From assembly GCF_009914755.1 (NCBI RefSeq), contig NC_060931.1: 64,000 nucleotides of DNA; one strand, 5' to 3'. Both the position numbers and the translations under genes were made by a program. Position 1 is the stretch's first letter. The number at the start of each line of letters is the position of its first letter. Under the pieces are notes generated by a model. The model was given only the letters and a program-made list of their open reading frames with translations, was not told the origin of the DNA and did not search any database. The stretch comes from the human T2T-CHM13v2.0 reference genome, Homo sapiens. This document shows positions 1-21,467 of the stretch, in pieces.

Positions 1-346
1 TTGTGGTTTGTGTTCCCATGTCTTCTGCTAAATTTCCCCTTCTCCCGGGGTTGCAGGTTAGAACCAAAAGCTCATGGCTGGGTACGGTGGCTGTAGCCTG
101 TAATCCCAGCACTTTGGGAGGCCGAGGCGGGCGGATCACTTGAGCCCAGGACTTTGACGCCAGCCTGGGCAACATAGGGAGACTCCATCTCTACAAAAAA
201 TACAAAAATTAGCTGGGCATGGTGGTGCGCGCCTGTAGTCCCAGGTACTGGGAGGCTGAGGTGGGAGGATCACTTGAGCCCCAGAGTTCATGGCTGCAGT
301 GAGCTATGATCAGGCCACTGCACTACAGCCTGGGTGACAGAGCTAG

Positions 347-865
<519 letters not shown>

Positions 866-900
866 TGATTCTTCATCAATCAACTTGAACAAATTCTTTT

Positions 901-905
<5 letters not shown>

Positions 906-932
<27 letters not shown>
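906..932 (+). repeat. (TG)n microsatellite
   Basis: Direct reading. Confidence 0.95.
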
Positions 933-1041
933 CCCAAGGAAAGTAGGCTCTGGGCCATTGCTACCATCCCCTGCAGCCTTGTGCCTGTCCTAAGGTCACA
1001 GTCTTCGGAACAGAGCCTTCTACCTAGAGCGCCTAGACATA

Positions 1042-1080
1042 CCTGCCTGCCTGCCCGCCTGCCTGCCTGCCTGCCTGCCT
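1042..1080 (+). repeat. (CCTG)n tetranucleotide repeat, one interruption
   Basis: cctgcctgcctgcccgcctgcctgcctgcctgcctgcct. Confidence 0.9.
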
Positions 1081-1620
1081 CGGATGACCCTAGTGAAAGC
1101 AGAGTCTCTCCTGGGCAGGATTCAAGGCATCACATCTGTCAAATAAAAGGATGGTCCTAGGTCATTTCTATGGCACCTTGCGGCTCTTTCAGTTATCCTC
1201 AAGAAAGACCCAAGAATATAAGCAATGTTTAAGCAATAGCAGTGGAGCCACAATCCAGCTGTTTCCATTTGTAGATGATTGTCACAGAGAGTGAATGCCT
1301 GGGTCTGAATTAATCCATCCAGTCTCTAATGCTCCCAAGTAATCCCCATTCTTCTGCCAATCCCATTAGTATTTCCCCCCTATTCAAAGAGTCTCCTCTC
1401 TAAACAAAACCAGACATCACTCTCTGCTTACCTGGGTGCAGGCTCCTGTTCTTATCCCCAGGTGTTCCTGACCTGGAAACCTTTCATTGCTTAATTTTGT
1501 TGTTTTTCTCCCCGCCCCGACGGCTGGTTCTTCGTTGGCTTGACTGTTTCCTTAATCTTTGAGTCAGGAGGTTGCTTCTGGAGGTTTCTGAAAGGCATTT
1601 TGTTCATTCATTAACAAGTA

Positions 1621-2268
<648 letters not shown>

Positions 2269-2753
2269 AAATTGCTAGATATACCCAATAGTATCTTTCA
2301 CCACAGCTGCACAAAGGGGACCTTCCTACCTGGAAGCTCATGTTTTACTCATTCGGCAAACATTGGCCACCTGCTATGTGGCTAGGAACAAGGAATACAA
2401 AATAAATCTATTACAGCTTCAGCATTCCAGAGGGTCAGTTAACTGGATGAAACAGACATGAGCAACTGACAATGATACAGTGATGGGGATGTGTATAGCA
2501 GGCTAGAACATAGATGACAGAACAATTCTACATAAGAAGAGAAATGGAGACATCTCGAGTCACAGATGATCTTAATCTAGAGCTTAAAGCCAACGTTCAA
2601 GTTTGCTGGGCAAAGTGGTGAGGAAGGGCATTATAGATAGAAGGAACAGCTGCACAAAGGCATGAACGTGAATGGCATTTTCCAGCACCATTTTCAATAA
2701 AAATGTACTTATGGAGCTGCTTGTATACTCTATCCATACAACTTACTCCATTA

Positions 2754-3047
<294 letters not shown>

Positions 3048-3119
3048 TCAAAAAAAAAAATTTTTTTTTGATAAAAGCCTGGGCAACATAACGAGACCCC
3101 CATCTCTACAAAAAATTTA

Positions 3120-3245
<126 letters not shown>

Positions 3246-3657
3246 CTAGATCACAGAATGAGACCCCATGTCTTTAAAAAAAAAAAAAAAGTTGATTAAA
3301 AATAACAAAAAGCATTTGCCCACTTAAAAATCATCAGACGCTATCATATTGAACTTAAGATATATCATCTTCCCTTCCTTTCATCATGTATCACATTCCT
3401 CGAAAATACAATCTTCTAAAGCTATCTGGAACAAACAGATGCAAAATGTCAAACAATTCTGCTGAAACAGAGATGGAACTCGGTGAGCCTCCTCAAGTGT
3501 CCTCTTTGCAATGGCTTTACACAGAGCAGTTTTGACCCTGCTTTCTAGGTAGCATTTGACTGCTTTTATTTCCCAGAAATGTATCAGTTCCCTGAGTCAG
3601 TGTTATTGGGCATTTGAAATATTTTCCAGTGGGCAAATCTGTCTTTGGATCTGACTG

Positions 3658-3851
3658 CAGTAGTTCTTAACCAGTTTCTGAGTCCCAAACCTCTTTGACA
3701 ATCTGATGGAAACTCTGGACTCCTTCCTCCAGAAAAATTCATATGTGCAAATACACATCAAAATTTGCCTCTGATTTCAGTGGGTTTATGATCACCTGAA
3801 ACCAATTTATGAATCCTGTAAGGGCCTGTAGTCCCTAGATTAATAACTCCT
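3658..3851. mobile_element. hAT-Charlie MITE remnant (MER103-like)
   Basis: CAGTAGTTCTTAACC...CTTTGACAATCTGATGGAAAC...CCAGAAAAAT resembles the recalled consensus. Confidence 0.5.
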
Positions 3852-4334
3852 TATTTATTCTTTAAAAGAGAGGGTCTCACTCTGTCACCCAGGCTGGAAG
3901 GCAGTGCCATCATCATGGCTGACTTCAGCCTCGAACTCCTGGGCTCAAGCAATCCTCCCACCTCAGTCTCCCAAGTACCTGGGACTACAGGCATGTGCCA
4001 CCAAACATACCTGGCTAAATTTTTTTATTTTTTGTACACACAGGGTCTCACTCTGTCGGCCAGGCTAGTCGCCTCAAGTGGTCCTCCTGCTTTAGCCTCC
4101 CAAAGGGCTAAGATTACAGGCATGAGCCACCGCACTCAGCCCAAGAACCGTTTTTTTTTTTTTTTTTGAGACGGAGTCTTGCAGTGTCGCCCAGGCTGGA
4201 GTACAACGGCACCGTCTCGGCTCACAGCAACTTCCACCTCCCAGATTCAAGCGATTCTCCTGCCTCAGCCTTCCGAGTAGCTGGGATTACAAGCGTGCCA
4301 CATCACACCCAGCTAAGTTTTGTATTTTTAGTAG

Positions 4335-4460
<126 letters not shown>

Positions 4461-5645
4461 TAATTTTTTCTAAAGGAAATTATCAAGCAAATGATGTCGA
4501 GCATATCCTGCATGTATGTGTTCAGGATCCAGGACAATAACAACCCTTTTGAAAGGTAGCAGGTGTGCTGAAAAGAGGAAGACTATGACCCACGGAGGCC
4601 CACACTCTATCCAGCCTCCACCATATCACCAGCCGGTGCTGAAGCAAGATACTAAAATTCTCCAAGCCTTGCTTTGCTTATCTGTAAAATGGAAATAATA
4701 CTTCTCCCTGAAAGTTATTGGTGAGGCTTAAATCATGAATGTAGATTTAGCATTCCAATACAGCAAGCTCTTGGTAAATGGCAGTTCTTATTAGTATGTG
4801 TGTGATTGCCTTGGCTCCAAAAGCTCCTAGTGAAGCTTCTTATCCTGAGAAAATCTGGGATTTTGTGCAGAGGGTCCCTGGTGGGAGTGGACAGTTATAG
4901 TGAATGCCTCTTGAGAGCACATTTCTGTTCCTGAGCTGGTGCCTCTGAGGCCAGTGGCCAGATCATATTAACCTTTAAAATCTTCTCTGTCTAGGATCTA
5001 GGCTTCTTTTGCTTTTCATCTGAGCATCAAGTTGTTTTTTGTTGTTGTTGTTGTTTTCCAGATGGAGTCTTGCTCTGACACCCAGGCTGGAGTATAGCAG
5101 CACGATCTCGGCTCACGTGCAACCTGCAACCTCCGCCTCCTGGGTTCAAGCGATTCTCCTGCCTCAGCCTCCCGAGTAGCTCAGACAGACTGCAGGCACG
5201 TGCCACCATGCCCGGCTAATTTTTGTATTTTTAGTAGAGACAGGGTTTCACCATGTTGGCCAGGCTGGTCTCGAACTCCTGACTTCATATGATCCACCTG
5301 CCTCAGCCTCCCAAAGTGCTGGGATTACAGGCATGAGCCACCGCACCAGGCCTTTGTTTCTGTTTTTGAGACAGGGTCTTGTTCTGTTGCCCAGGCTGGG
5401 GTGCAGTGGTGCAATCATAGTTCAGGGAAGCCTTGATCTCCTCAGCTCAAGCAATCCTCCCACCTCAGCCTCCTGAGTAGCTGAGATTACAGGCGCATGC
5501 CACCAAACCTGGCTAATTTTTATATTTTTAGTAGAGACAGGGTTTCACTATGTTGGCCAGACTGGTCTTGAACTCTTGACCTCAAGTGATCTCTCCACCT
5601 GGGCCGCCCCCTAAAGTGCTGGGATTACAGGCGCAGTGACATTAA

Positions 5646-6013
<368 letters not shown>

Positions 6014-6694
6014 TGAGTGCCCAGCTCTTGCAAATATTCACCATAGTTCCTGCTGGCAAGGAGGTGACCCAATTCTCTAGTCGTACAGTTGTGCAGAACC
6101 CGTAACCAAATCATTGCCCTATGCATCTGCAGAGTATTTAAATCAAACTCATCCTTCTGCTGAGTCCTGGCGAGGCTCTAATCTTACTTTGATTGTGCAA
6201 AAATAAAACCAAGTATGTGGTTCAATGTGACAAAGATTCCCCTACTACCAAGAAAGGGGTGGGGAGCTGTACCTCATTACTTAAATACGTTCACAGAAAC
6301 AAATTAAATTAATTTGAGGTTTAACGGCATCCGGTTTGTGTGAGGGAGGGATGCTAGGTAATTATTAGTTACTATTCCTGCTTAGTGAACATGACGAAGG
6401 TTTTTCAAGGAGAGAGATCTCCAATCCAGGTTCCTGCCCTTTTTTTCTGGTGCCTGCATCGTGCTGATAGCCAACACCGTCTGTGTGTCTGTCTGTTTAG
6501 CCTGCATCAATCCTCTATCTGCCTAGGACTTCTCTGAACCTAGTCCTACCTAGGACTTAGTCCATAGAATGGCTTTAAGATTTTGATTTTTTTCTTCCCA
6601 GGAACCATATTCTAGAAAGCACAATTTTGTTATTTGTATGCAACTATTAGTAATATTAATTCATTGTTCCTCTCTTTGTACTGTAGAATAGTAA

Positions 6695-6844
<150 letters not shown>

Positions 6845-7260
6845 TGAGATCACAGGTGTGCACCATCATGCCTGGCTAATTAAAAAAAAAAATTTTTTTT
6901 TCTAGAGACAGGTTCTCCCTATGTTGCCCAGGCTGGTCTCAAACCCATGGGCTCAAGCAGTCCTCCTGCCTCAGCCTCCCAAAGTGCTGGGATTATAGGT
7001 GTGAGCCACTGCACCTGGCCACAAACATTAAGAACCTCCTATGTATCAGGCAATGTGGTAACATGCAAGGAATTTTAAAAGATCAACAAGATATAGTCCC
7101 TGTATTTTGTGGTTCACTTCTAGTCATGGAGCCCATCACATAAATGCATCATTAAAACAATGTATAGGCTGGGCACGGTGGCTCACGCCTGTAATCCCAG
7201 CACTTTGGGAGGCCGAGGCAGGCAGATCTAGAGGTCAGCAGATTGAGATCATCCTGGCTA

Positions 7261-7476
<216 letters not shown>

Positions 7477-9494
7477 TTAGCCAGGCGTGGTGGCAGGTGC
7501 CTATAATCCCAGTTACGCGGGAGGCTGAGGCAGGAGAATTGCTTGAACCCCAGAGGCAGAAGTTGCCGTGAGACAAGATTGTGCCACTGCACTCCCGACA
7601 GAGCGAGAGAGACTCCGTCTCAAAAAAAAAAAAGAAAAAGAAAAAAAGGAAAGAAAAAGAAAAAAAAAAGTAAAAATGAGGCAGAAGGGTCCAACTGAAC
7701 CATCCCTTTCTCTGTGGACATCAATATGCCTTGGATATGGGCATACAAAGGGAAGTGTTTGGCGGGTTCACCAGGATGATATGCGGAAAGTAACTTCATG
7801 TTTGGTGTTTTTGCTGCTTATCTAGACAGTTTCTAAAGAGATTTAAAAATTAACAGTGGTTAATTCAGGAACCTTACCAATTTAAATATACTTGGGACGT
7901 ATCTTTGGTAACTTTATTTCTTGTAAGGCAGCCCCAACCTTTGCTATTTAAAAGGCTTGAGCAGTTCTGTCTCTACAAGCCGCATGTATTTCTGCTGTGA
8001 GTTTTCATCTCGGGTTGTCACTTAGAGGTATAATCATTTTAGACATCGCAATCTGCTCAGAGAGCAAGGCCTGTGATGTCTTCTCTGAGTGCAGGATGAG
8101 GGCTGCCGTGCCTCTCTTTAATAAGTGAGAGTCCTCAGAATCAAATGGGAAAACAGTTTTATTTTTCACTAAAGAAAGACTGTACTTACTTTAGTTGAAT
8201 TTATAGATTATGGTTGAATTCTCAATTCATTGACAAAAATTAAGGTTTAAATGTTAATTGTGACAAGCCACCATGCATCGGAATGGAATATTTTTATAAT
8301 AACGGGCTGGTCTTAGGAGAATGCTTACCTCGCAAACGGGGTGAGGATTGTAGGATGTTTCATGGAATCTGTTGGACTAACACATCTTTCCCCGAAGGAG
8401 TTTCTGCTCCTTAAATGCAATCCTTTGCAGAATAATTTTTATGTAAGTGGGAGGAGAAAGGAAGTGAGTGGGGGTTGGTACCAACAGTGAATGACTTTAA
8501 AAAGATATAAACCTACCGTTGCTTAGAATATGGTATTTGGGGCTGGACACAGTGGCTCATGCCTGTAATCCCAACACTTTAAGAGGCCGAGGCGGACAGA
8601 TCACCTGAGATCAGGAGTTCAAGACCAGCCTGGCCAACATGGCGAAACCCCATCTCTACAAAGATACAAAAAATTAGTCAGGCATGTGCCTGTAATCCCA
8701 GCTACTCAGGAGGCTGAGGCAGGAGAATCACTTGAACCCAGGAGGCAGAGGTTGCAGTGAGCCAAGATTGTACCATTGCACTCCAGCCCAGGTGACAGAG
8801 CGAGACACTGTCTCAAAAAAAAAAAAAAAAAGATCGTTCTTGATCTTTGAGCAAACCTGCAAGTGTCCAAAAACAGACTTTGGTTTCCTTCGTATATTTA
8901 CTGAATGGAATGCATAGATAGTGACCAGAACTTTATAAATAATAAAGGTTCCAGATGGGTGCAGTGGCTCATGCCTGTAATCCCAGCACTTTATGGGGCC
9001 AAGGTGAAAGGACTGCTTGAGCCCAGGAATTCAAGACCAGCCTGGGCACCATAGCAAGACCTCATCTCTACAAAAAAAATAAAAATAAAAATCAGCCAGG
9101 TGTGGTGGCTCGTGCCTGTAGTCCCTGCTATTTGGGAGGCTGAGGTGGGAGGATCATTTGAGCCCAGGAGATCAAGTGTGATCGTATCACACTACTGCAC
9201 TTCAGCCTGGGTGACAGAGAGTCTCTAAAAAAAAGAAAAAAAAGTTTCCATAATTTTTAATAATTGTTATGATCCCCTCCCCCTCCCAAAAAACACTTTA
9301 AATGTTTTCTAAATAATCACACTTCTGAAAGACAAGTAAATCAGGGATACAGAATATTTTTCCCATTAATGATTCACCAAAATGAGAATAGCTCACACAC
9401 TTTTTTTTTTTTTTTTGAGACAGAGTCTCTGTCACCCAGGCTGGAGTGCAGTGGCATGATCTCAGCTCACTGCAACCTCTGCCTTCTGGGTTAA

Positions 9495-9932
<438 letters not shown>

Positions 9933-10808
9933 TGAGTGCCACCACGCCCGGCTAATTTTTTTTTTCGTATTTTTAGTAGACAGGGTTTTACCATGTTGTC
10001 CAAGCTGGTCTCGATCTCCTGACCTCGTGAACCGCCCACCTCAACCTCTGAAAGTGCTGGGATTACAGGCGTGAGTCTTGAATCTATGTTCATGTAATAT
10101 ACACCATGAAATTACACAGTTTTAATGTATTTGAGGTTTTCCTAAATTTTAAATCACTAAAAAGCTACCAATGACAAAATTGACACACCCCCTCAATTCT
10201 ATCTCCTAGTCAGAAGTCAGCAGTTTGGTGAACATGCTTCCAGAATTATTTTCTATACCTATACTAACACATATATACTTTTTATAAAAGTTTATATATA
10301 TGTGTATATTATATATATGTATAGACATATGCACATATATTTATTGATTCACCAATTTAGGACATTATCTGTTGGCTCTTCATTTATGAAAGATGAGGAG
10401 TTAGGTGACTAACACTTCCCTCTTCCTGCCTCCATTTTTATAGTTACTATTTTCAGTTCTTCTATTTCTACTTTTAAATATTTTTTTGAACCTGTGTTTC
10501 CTATCAGCTTGTAGCTTATGATCCCCTCCATGTTAGACAAAGATATTGGCACTGAACCATCTGTTCCAGTCTATACTCCCACCTTCATCCTTCTCAGCTG
10601 AACACTGACAATATCAAGGATGACAATGGTCACATTCTCTTTTGTGTGCATTGCTGACTTCCCTGTTTTGTCTGTTGATTCTATAAATGGATTGTTTCAG
10701 AATCAAGGTCAAAATCACACCACATTTCAGTTGGCTATGTTTGGACCTGGAGTTTTCTTACACATTTTTTTTTCTTGTTTCCTCATTGCCTTATCTTCCT
10801 CTTACTGA

Positions 10809-10928
<120 letters not shown>

Positions 10929-11449
10929 TGATCCTCCCACCTCAGCCTCCTGAGTAGCTGGAACTAACAGTGCATGCCACCACACTAATTTTTTTTTTTT
11001 TTGTATTTTTTATAGAGATGGGTTTTCATCATATTGCCCAGGCTGGTCTCAACCTCCTGGGCTCCAGCAGTCTGCCTGTCTTGGCCTCCCAAAGTGCTGG
11101 GATTACAGACATGAGTTACTGTGCCCAGCTCAGATTTATGTTTTGTCATTAGTATCATCTGGCATCTTAGCCATTCTGTCTACTACTTGGAATCAATTTC
11201 ATCCTTCCAACAAGAACGAATCAACTTCATTCTTCTTGTTGAAGATAGTCTACCTGGAGCTCGCTGCCTGTCTGTTCTAATATGGAAAAAACAGGCTTCC
11301 AGGTTTGCTGTTCAATTCTCATCTCGGGATTGTTTTTCAGTGGACTTCTGGGTTGGTTTCATCATTTCTTGTATATTTCTCTTTTTGGGAGGTGGGGTAT
11401 ATAATTTACTTCCTTTCTTGATGGAGTACATTCTCAAGTAACTTCCTTA

Positions 11450-14491
<3,042 letters not shown>

Positions 14492-15271
14492 TAGTCCCAG
14501 CTACTTGGGAGGCTGAGGTGGAAGGATTCCTTGAGCCCCAGGAGTTCAAGGCTGTACTGAGCTATGATAGTGCTACTTCACTCCAGCCTGGGTGACACAG
14601 GGAGACACTGTCTCAAAAAAAAAAAAAAAAAAAAAAAGGAATAAACTTCCAGTTCGCTGCCAGGTGGGGCAGGGGGCAGTTGGTCAGCTTCATGGAATAG
14701 GGGGATGTAACAGCTTTTTGTCTTTCCAACTTTACATTATGGAGAACTTCAACCACCCACAGAAAGAATAGAACAGAACTCCCCATGGACCTATCACCAG
14801 CCCTGGTAACCATGATCACATTGCCAATTCCACCCCATGTGTGTATCTGTCACTTCCCTCTTCCCGTATTACTTTGAAACAAATTCCAAACATCACATCA
14901 CTTCATCTATGATCATTCCGATTTCTCTAAAAGGACTTTATTTCTAATTAACATAGCCCCAATATGATGATTAAACCAAAACAGCCAATCATTCTTTATC
15001 ATCAAACCTCCATTCAATGCTCAAGTTTCCAATTGTCTCATAAATGTCATATGTGTTTTATTTTCTCAATTGTTTGGTGGTATCAGAATACAAATGAGGC
15101 CCACTCTGGTTAGTCAATACGTCATTTAAGTCTAAATTTATAAGTTCCCCCCAAGCAATTTTTTAGTTGGAATTTATTAAGAGAAGGAAAGAAGTAGCTT
15201 GTCTGCAGGATTTCTCATGGTCTGGAGTCTGCTGCTTGCTTTTCTGAAGTGTAGCTTAGTGTTTCTCCTCT

Positions 15272-15588
15272 GTTGTTTTTGTTTTTTTTTTTTTTTTTTT
15301 TTTTTTGAGACAGTGTCTCGCTCTGTTGCCCAGGTTGGAGTGCAGTGGTACGATCTTGGCTCACTGCAAGCTCCGCCTCCCAGGTTCACGTCATTCTCCT
15401 GCCTCAGCCTCCTGAGTAGCTGGGACTACAGGTGCCCGCCACCATGCTAGGCTAATTTTTTTTGTATTTTTAGTAGAGACGGGGTTTCACCGTGTTAGCC
15501 AGGATGGTCTCAATCTCCTGACCTCGTGATCCGCCCGCCTCGGCCTCCCAAAGTGCTGGGATTACAGGTGTGAGCCACGCGCCCGGCC
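15272..15588 (-). mobile_element. AluY
   Basis: Diagnostic CAAGCTCCGCC, CGTGTTAGCCAGGATGG, ACCTCGTGATC; long T tail; flanking tctcctctgt duplication. Confidence 0.85.
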
Positions 15589-16019
15589 TCTCCTCTGTCT
15601 TTTGTATTTCTTATAAATTGGTAGTTGCATCTAGGGGTTTAATTGCAGCTTCCTATTGTTTTATATTCAACTTCATGGATTCTTTCCTGTCTCCTCCATT
15701 CTGCTGTTAAGCCCATCCAGTAAATTTTATTTATTTTAGGGACAGGGTCTCGCTATGTTGCCCAGGTGGGTTTTGAACTCCTAGGCTCAAGCAATCCTCC
15801 TGCCTTGGCCTCCCAAAGTGCTGGGATTCAGGTTTGAGTCACTGCACCCAGCCATCATCCAGTAAATTTTAAATTCCAGTTATAGTATTTGTCAGTTCTA
15901 ACACTTACATTTGATTCTCTTCTATTTCTTTGCTGAGACTTCAGTGGCCCTAGGTTATCATTTAAATGATGTCTTTTCAAATGAGAACAAATGATCCACT
16001 CCAGGGTGGAGTGGATGAG

Positions 16020-16853
<834 letters not shown>

Positions 16854-17263
16854 TGAGGCTTTGAATTAGTTATTAGTGATTCCCTGTCTGCCACTTACTG
16901 AAAGATGAAGGGCAAGTTGGCTAACCTTATGAGCTCCAGTTTACTTGGAAATTGAGGATAACCATTTTTGCATCGCCTTGTTTGACACTTGAACCCCTTC
17001 TTTTACAGATGAAAAAAACTGAAGCCCAAAGGAATTGACAGAAAAGAATCCACAAATGAGGCACTTAACAGTGAAATTACATGACATGTCCAGGCTTAGG
17101 CTATTTAGAAAAAGAGTAGAACTGACCCCAGGGCTCATGGCTCCAAGTTATTCTTTTATGCCTTAAAGCAAACTGTGCTGCCTTATAATGCATGCCATTA
17201 TCATTAACACAGTCCATGTTTCAGGAAAAAACAGCAGATAAGTTACGCAGTGTGCATGGCTAA

Positions 17264-17662
<399 letters not shown>

Positions 17663-18044
17663 TAAACCAACCTATAGCCATTCACACCTTCCTTCCTCTT
17701 TGTTGCCTCACCAGTCGTCCCAACTCCCCGAGTCTAAGCAGGTGGGCACCCAGCCAGAAGGTGACTAACACCATCTCTTTGCACCCAGACCATGTACCAA
17801 AGGCAAATTGCTCCTTTTTTTAAACCTTGCTAGGCAAGTCAGTATTAGTATCTTCAAACTACAAAGGCTGCTTTGTCATGCAAAGAGAAGGAAAAAAAGA
17901 GGTTGACAGTATTTTGAGCCAACAAGGTTAGATCACTCGGACAACAGTGACTAAGCTCAACAGGGCTTCCAGCTCTTTTAATTAAAAAAATTTTTTCTCA
18001 AAGACCTATCTTTGTAAACCATCTCACCTTTCCACCTCCCTTCA

Positions 18045-18416
<372 letters not shown>

Positions 18417-18589
18417 TCAGAAAAAAAAAAGTGTATGTAAATTCAACCTAGAAAAGAAATGCAAACAAAAATTATTGTATTGAAGTCATAGGACCATTTT
18501 TTCAATATGTTTTTTCAATTACAAATATATTAAATTTGTAATATATTTATATATAATATACATATTTTATATATGCACTATAAATATGA

Positions 18590-18598
<9 letters not shown>

Positions 18599-18647
<49 letters not shown>
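18599..18647 (+). repeat. (TA)n microsatellite at an Alu tail
   Basis: About 24 TA units. Confidence 0.95.
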
Positions 18648-18661
<14 letters not shown>

Positions 18662-18810
18662 GAGACAGGGTCTCACTTTGTTGCCCAGGCTGGAGTGCAG
18701 TGGTGCAATTGTAGCTCACTGTAACCTTGAACTCCTGGGTTCAAGTGGCCCTTCTACCTCAGCCTCCTGAGTAGCTGGGGCTACAGATCCTCACTACCAT
18801 GCCCAGCTAA

Positions 18811-18987
<177 letters not shown>

Positions 18988-19167
18988 TAATGTAAAAATT
19001 CAAATGTTATATACTGTCTCTATTTTGACAGAATGGGACTTAATCTTTTGGATTTAAATAATGTCTCGAGTTACGGTATCATTTTCTACTCCTCATGGGC
19101 ATCACTTAAGATCCCTCAGTCTCAAGCAACAGGAACCTACTCTGGCTACTTAAAAAGAATTTCTCGA

Positions 19168-19899
19168 AAATGCAAATCAAAACCACAATGAGATACCATC
19201 TCACACCAGTTAGAATGGTGATCATTAAAAAGTCAGGAAACAATAGGTGCTAGAGAGGATGTGGAGAAATAGGAACACTTTTACACTGTTGGTGGGACTG
19301 TAAACTAGTTCAACCATTGTGGAAGTCAGTGTGGTGATTCCTCAGGGATCTAGAACTGGAAATACCATTTGACCCAGCCATCCCATTACTGGGTATATAC
19401 CCAAAGGATTATAAATCATGCTGCTATAAAGACACATGCACATGTATGTTTATTGCGGCACTATTCACAATAGCAAAGACTTGGATCCAACCCAAATGTC
19501 CAACAATGATAGACTGGATTAAGAAAATGTGGCACATATACACCATGGAATACTATGCAGCCATAAAAAATGAAGAGTTCATGTCCTTTGTAAGGACATG
19601 GATGAAACTAGAAACCATCATTCTCAGCAAACTATCGCAAGGACAAAAAACCAAACACCTCATGTTCTCACTCATAGGTGGGAATTGAACAATGAGAACA
19701 CATGGACACAGGAAGGGGAACATCACACTCCGGGGACTGTTGTGGGGTAGGGGTAGGGGGAGGGATAGCATTAGGAGGTATACCTAATGTAAATGACGAG
19801 TTAATGGGTGCAGCACACCATGGCACATGTATACATATGTAACAAACCTGCACATTGTGCACATGTACCCTAAAACTTAAAGAATTTTAAAAAAAAAAA
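19168..19899 (+). mobile_element. 5'-truncated L1PA (roughly L1PA3-5) insertion: ORF2 C-terminus, 3'UTR, polyA
   Basis: ORF 19446..19688 is the L1 ORF2 C-terminus (MFIAALFTIAKTW.QPKCPTMIDWIKKMWHIYTMEYYAAIK). TSD aatttctcgaaa at 19158-19169 and 19898-19909. Confidence 0.95.
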
Positions 19900-20415
19900 T
19901 TTCTCGAAAGAGTATGGGAGAGCACCTAAGACCAAAAAGGAGGCCTGGAGAGGCAGGATGCAGGTAGCCACTGGAAACATCCACAGCAGGGCTTGCCACT
20001 GGAGTCATCAAAGACACATGAGCTATTTCTTCTGTCCCCAGCCCCTGTGTTTAAGATTCAAAGTCTCAGACCGGGTGTGGTGGCTCACGCCTGTAATCCC
20101 AGCACTTTGGGAGGCCGAGGCAGGAGGATCACCTGAGGTCAGAAGTTTTGAGACCAGCCTGGTCAACATGGCAAAACCCCGTCTGCTAAAAATACAAAAA
20201 GTAGCCGGGTATGGCAGTACCCGCCTGTAGTCCCAGCTACTAGGGAGGCCGAGCATGGTGGCATGTGCCTGTAATCCCAGCTACTCAGGAGGCTGAGGCA
20301 GGAGGATCACTTGAGCCTAGGAGGCAGAGGATGCAGTGAGCCGAGATCATGCCACTGCACTCCAGCCTGGGCGACAGAACACGACTTTGTCTCAAAAAAT
20401 AAAAATAAAATAAAA

Positions 20416-20512
20416 TCTGCAGCTCTGATCATTGGGATCACTTGTTGGAATGGCCGGGTTCCTGTGCAGTCACCTAGCAGATGTCTACCAATGACAGGCC
20501 CTACTCACAGCC
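20416..20512 (+). repeat. 97-bp dispersed duplicate of 25291-25387
   Basis: Ungapped manual alignment, 10 mismatches in 97. Confidence 0.95.
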
Positions 20513-21089
20513 ACTGCACTCCAGCTTGGGCGACAGAGCGAGGCCTTGCCTTTTTTAAAAAAAAAAAAAAGGCTCAGAGAAAGAGTATGCTTGGCCAAAG
20601 ATCTGCCACCTAGGGCATCCTGAGCTGAGGAGGAAAGAGGGTACAGAGTCTCCCAGTTGCCCCCATCTCCATATGGGATGGCACAGCCCCTCGAGGAGTA
20701 CCCCACCCTCAGCATAGCTCTCAGCAGTGGACAGATAATCACTGCAGAAGGAGATGAAGATACTGATTGCAGGCCCCAATGTCCACTAAATCATAGACTT
20801 GCTGTCATCACTAAATGAGAAGTTGGTGCAGGTGAACTGTCTTCCAGCAGTATTTTAGACTAACACCCAAACACCGTTTCTCTTCATTTATCAAAGGCCA
20901 CCAAAGACCTGCTTTGGGCATGATGTTTTGATGTGACACTTCTGAGCCAAAATTTAGCTTAATCTCTACACTCAACTTGTACAGATCAAGCCCAATCCCT
21001 TTGAGACAGAGTCTTGCTATGTTGTCCAGGCTGGACTTGAACTCCTGGACTCAAGGGATCCTCCAGCTTCAGCTTCTCAGGTAACTGGG

Positions 21090-21467
21090 TGATAGGGTTT
21101 CGATTTGTGTCTCTGACCAAATCTCATGTCAAATAGTAATCCCCGACGTTGGGGGTGGGGCCTGGTAGGAGGTGATTGGATCATGGAGGCAGATTTCCCC
21201 CTTGCTGTTCTTGTCATAGTGGGTTCTCATGAGATCTGGTTGTTTAAGTGTGCAGCACCTCCCCCTTCTCTCTCTTCCTTCTGCTCTGGCCATGTAAGAC
21301 GTGCCTGCCTCCCCTTCACCTTCTGCCATGATTGAAAATTTCCTGAGGCCTTCCCAGCCATGCTTCCTGTGCAGCCTACAGAATCATGAGCCAATTAAAC
21401 ATCTTTTCTTTATAAACCACCCAGACTCAGGTATTTATTTATAGCAATGCCAAAACAGACTAATACA
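21090..21467 (+). mobile_element. MSTA-like MaLR solo LTR inserted into an Alu monomer
   Basis: TG...CA termini (TGATAGGGTTT...ACTAATACA); perfect 5-bp TSD CTGGG (21085-21089, 21468-21472); host FLAM/FAM continues on both sides. Confidence 0.9.

Noticed and set aside
8041-8081. 10-bp stem hairpin (agacatcgca...tgtgatgtct) in unique sequence
   Set aside because: Too short for a pre-miRNA; no snoRNA boxes in the proper arrangement; expected by chance.
19446-19688. L1 ORF2 C-terminal ORF
   Set aside because: Part of a 5'-truncated L1 with no promoter; not an independent gene.
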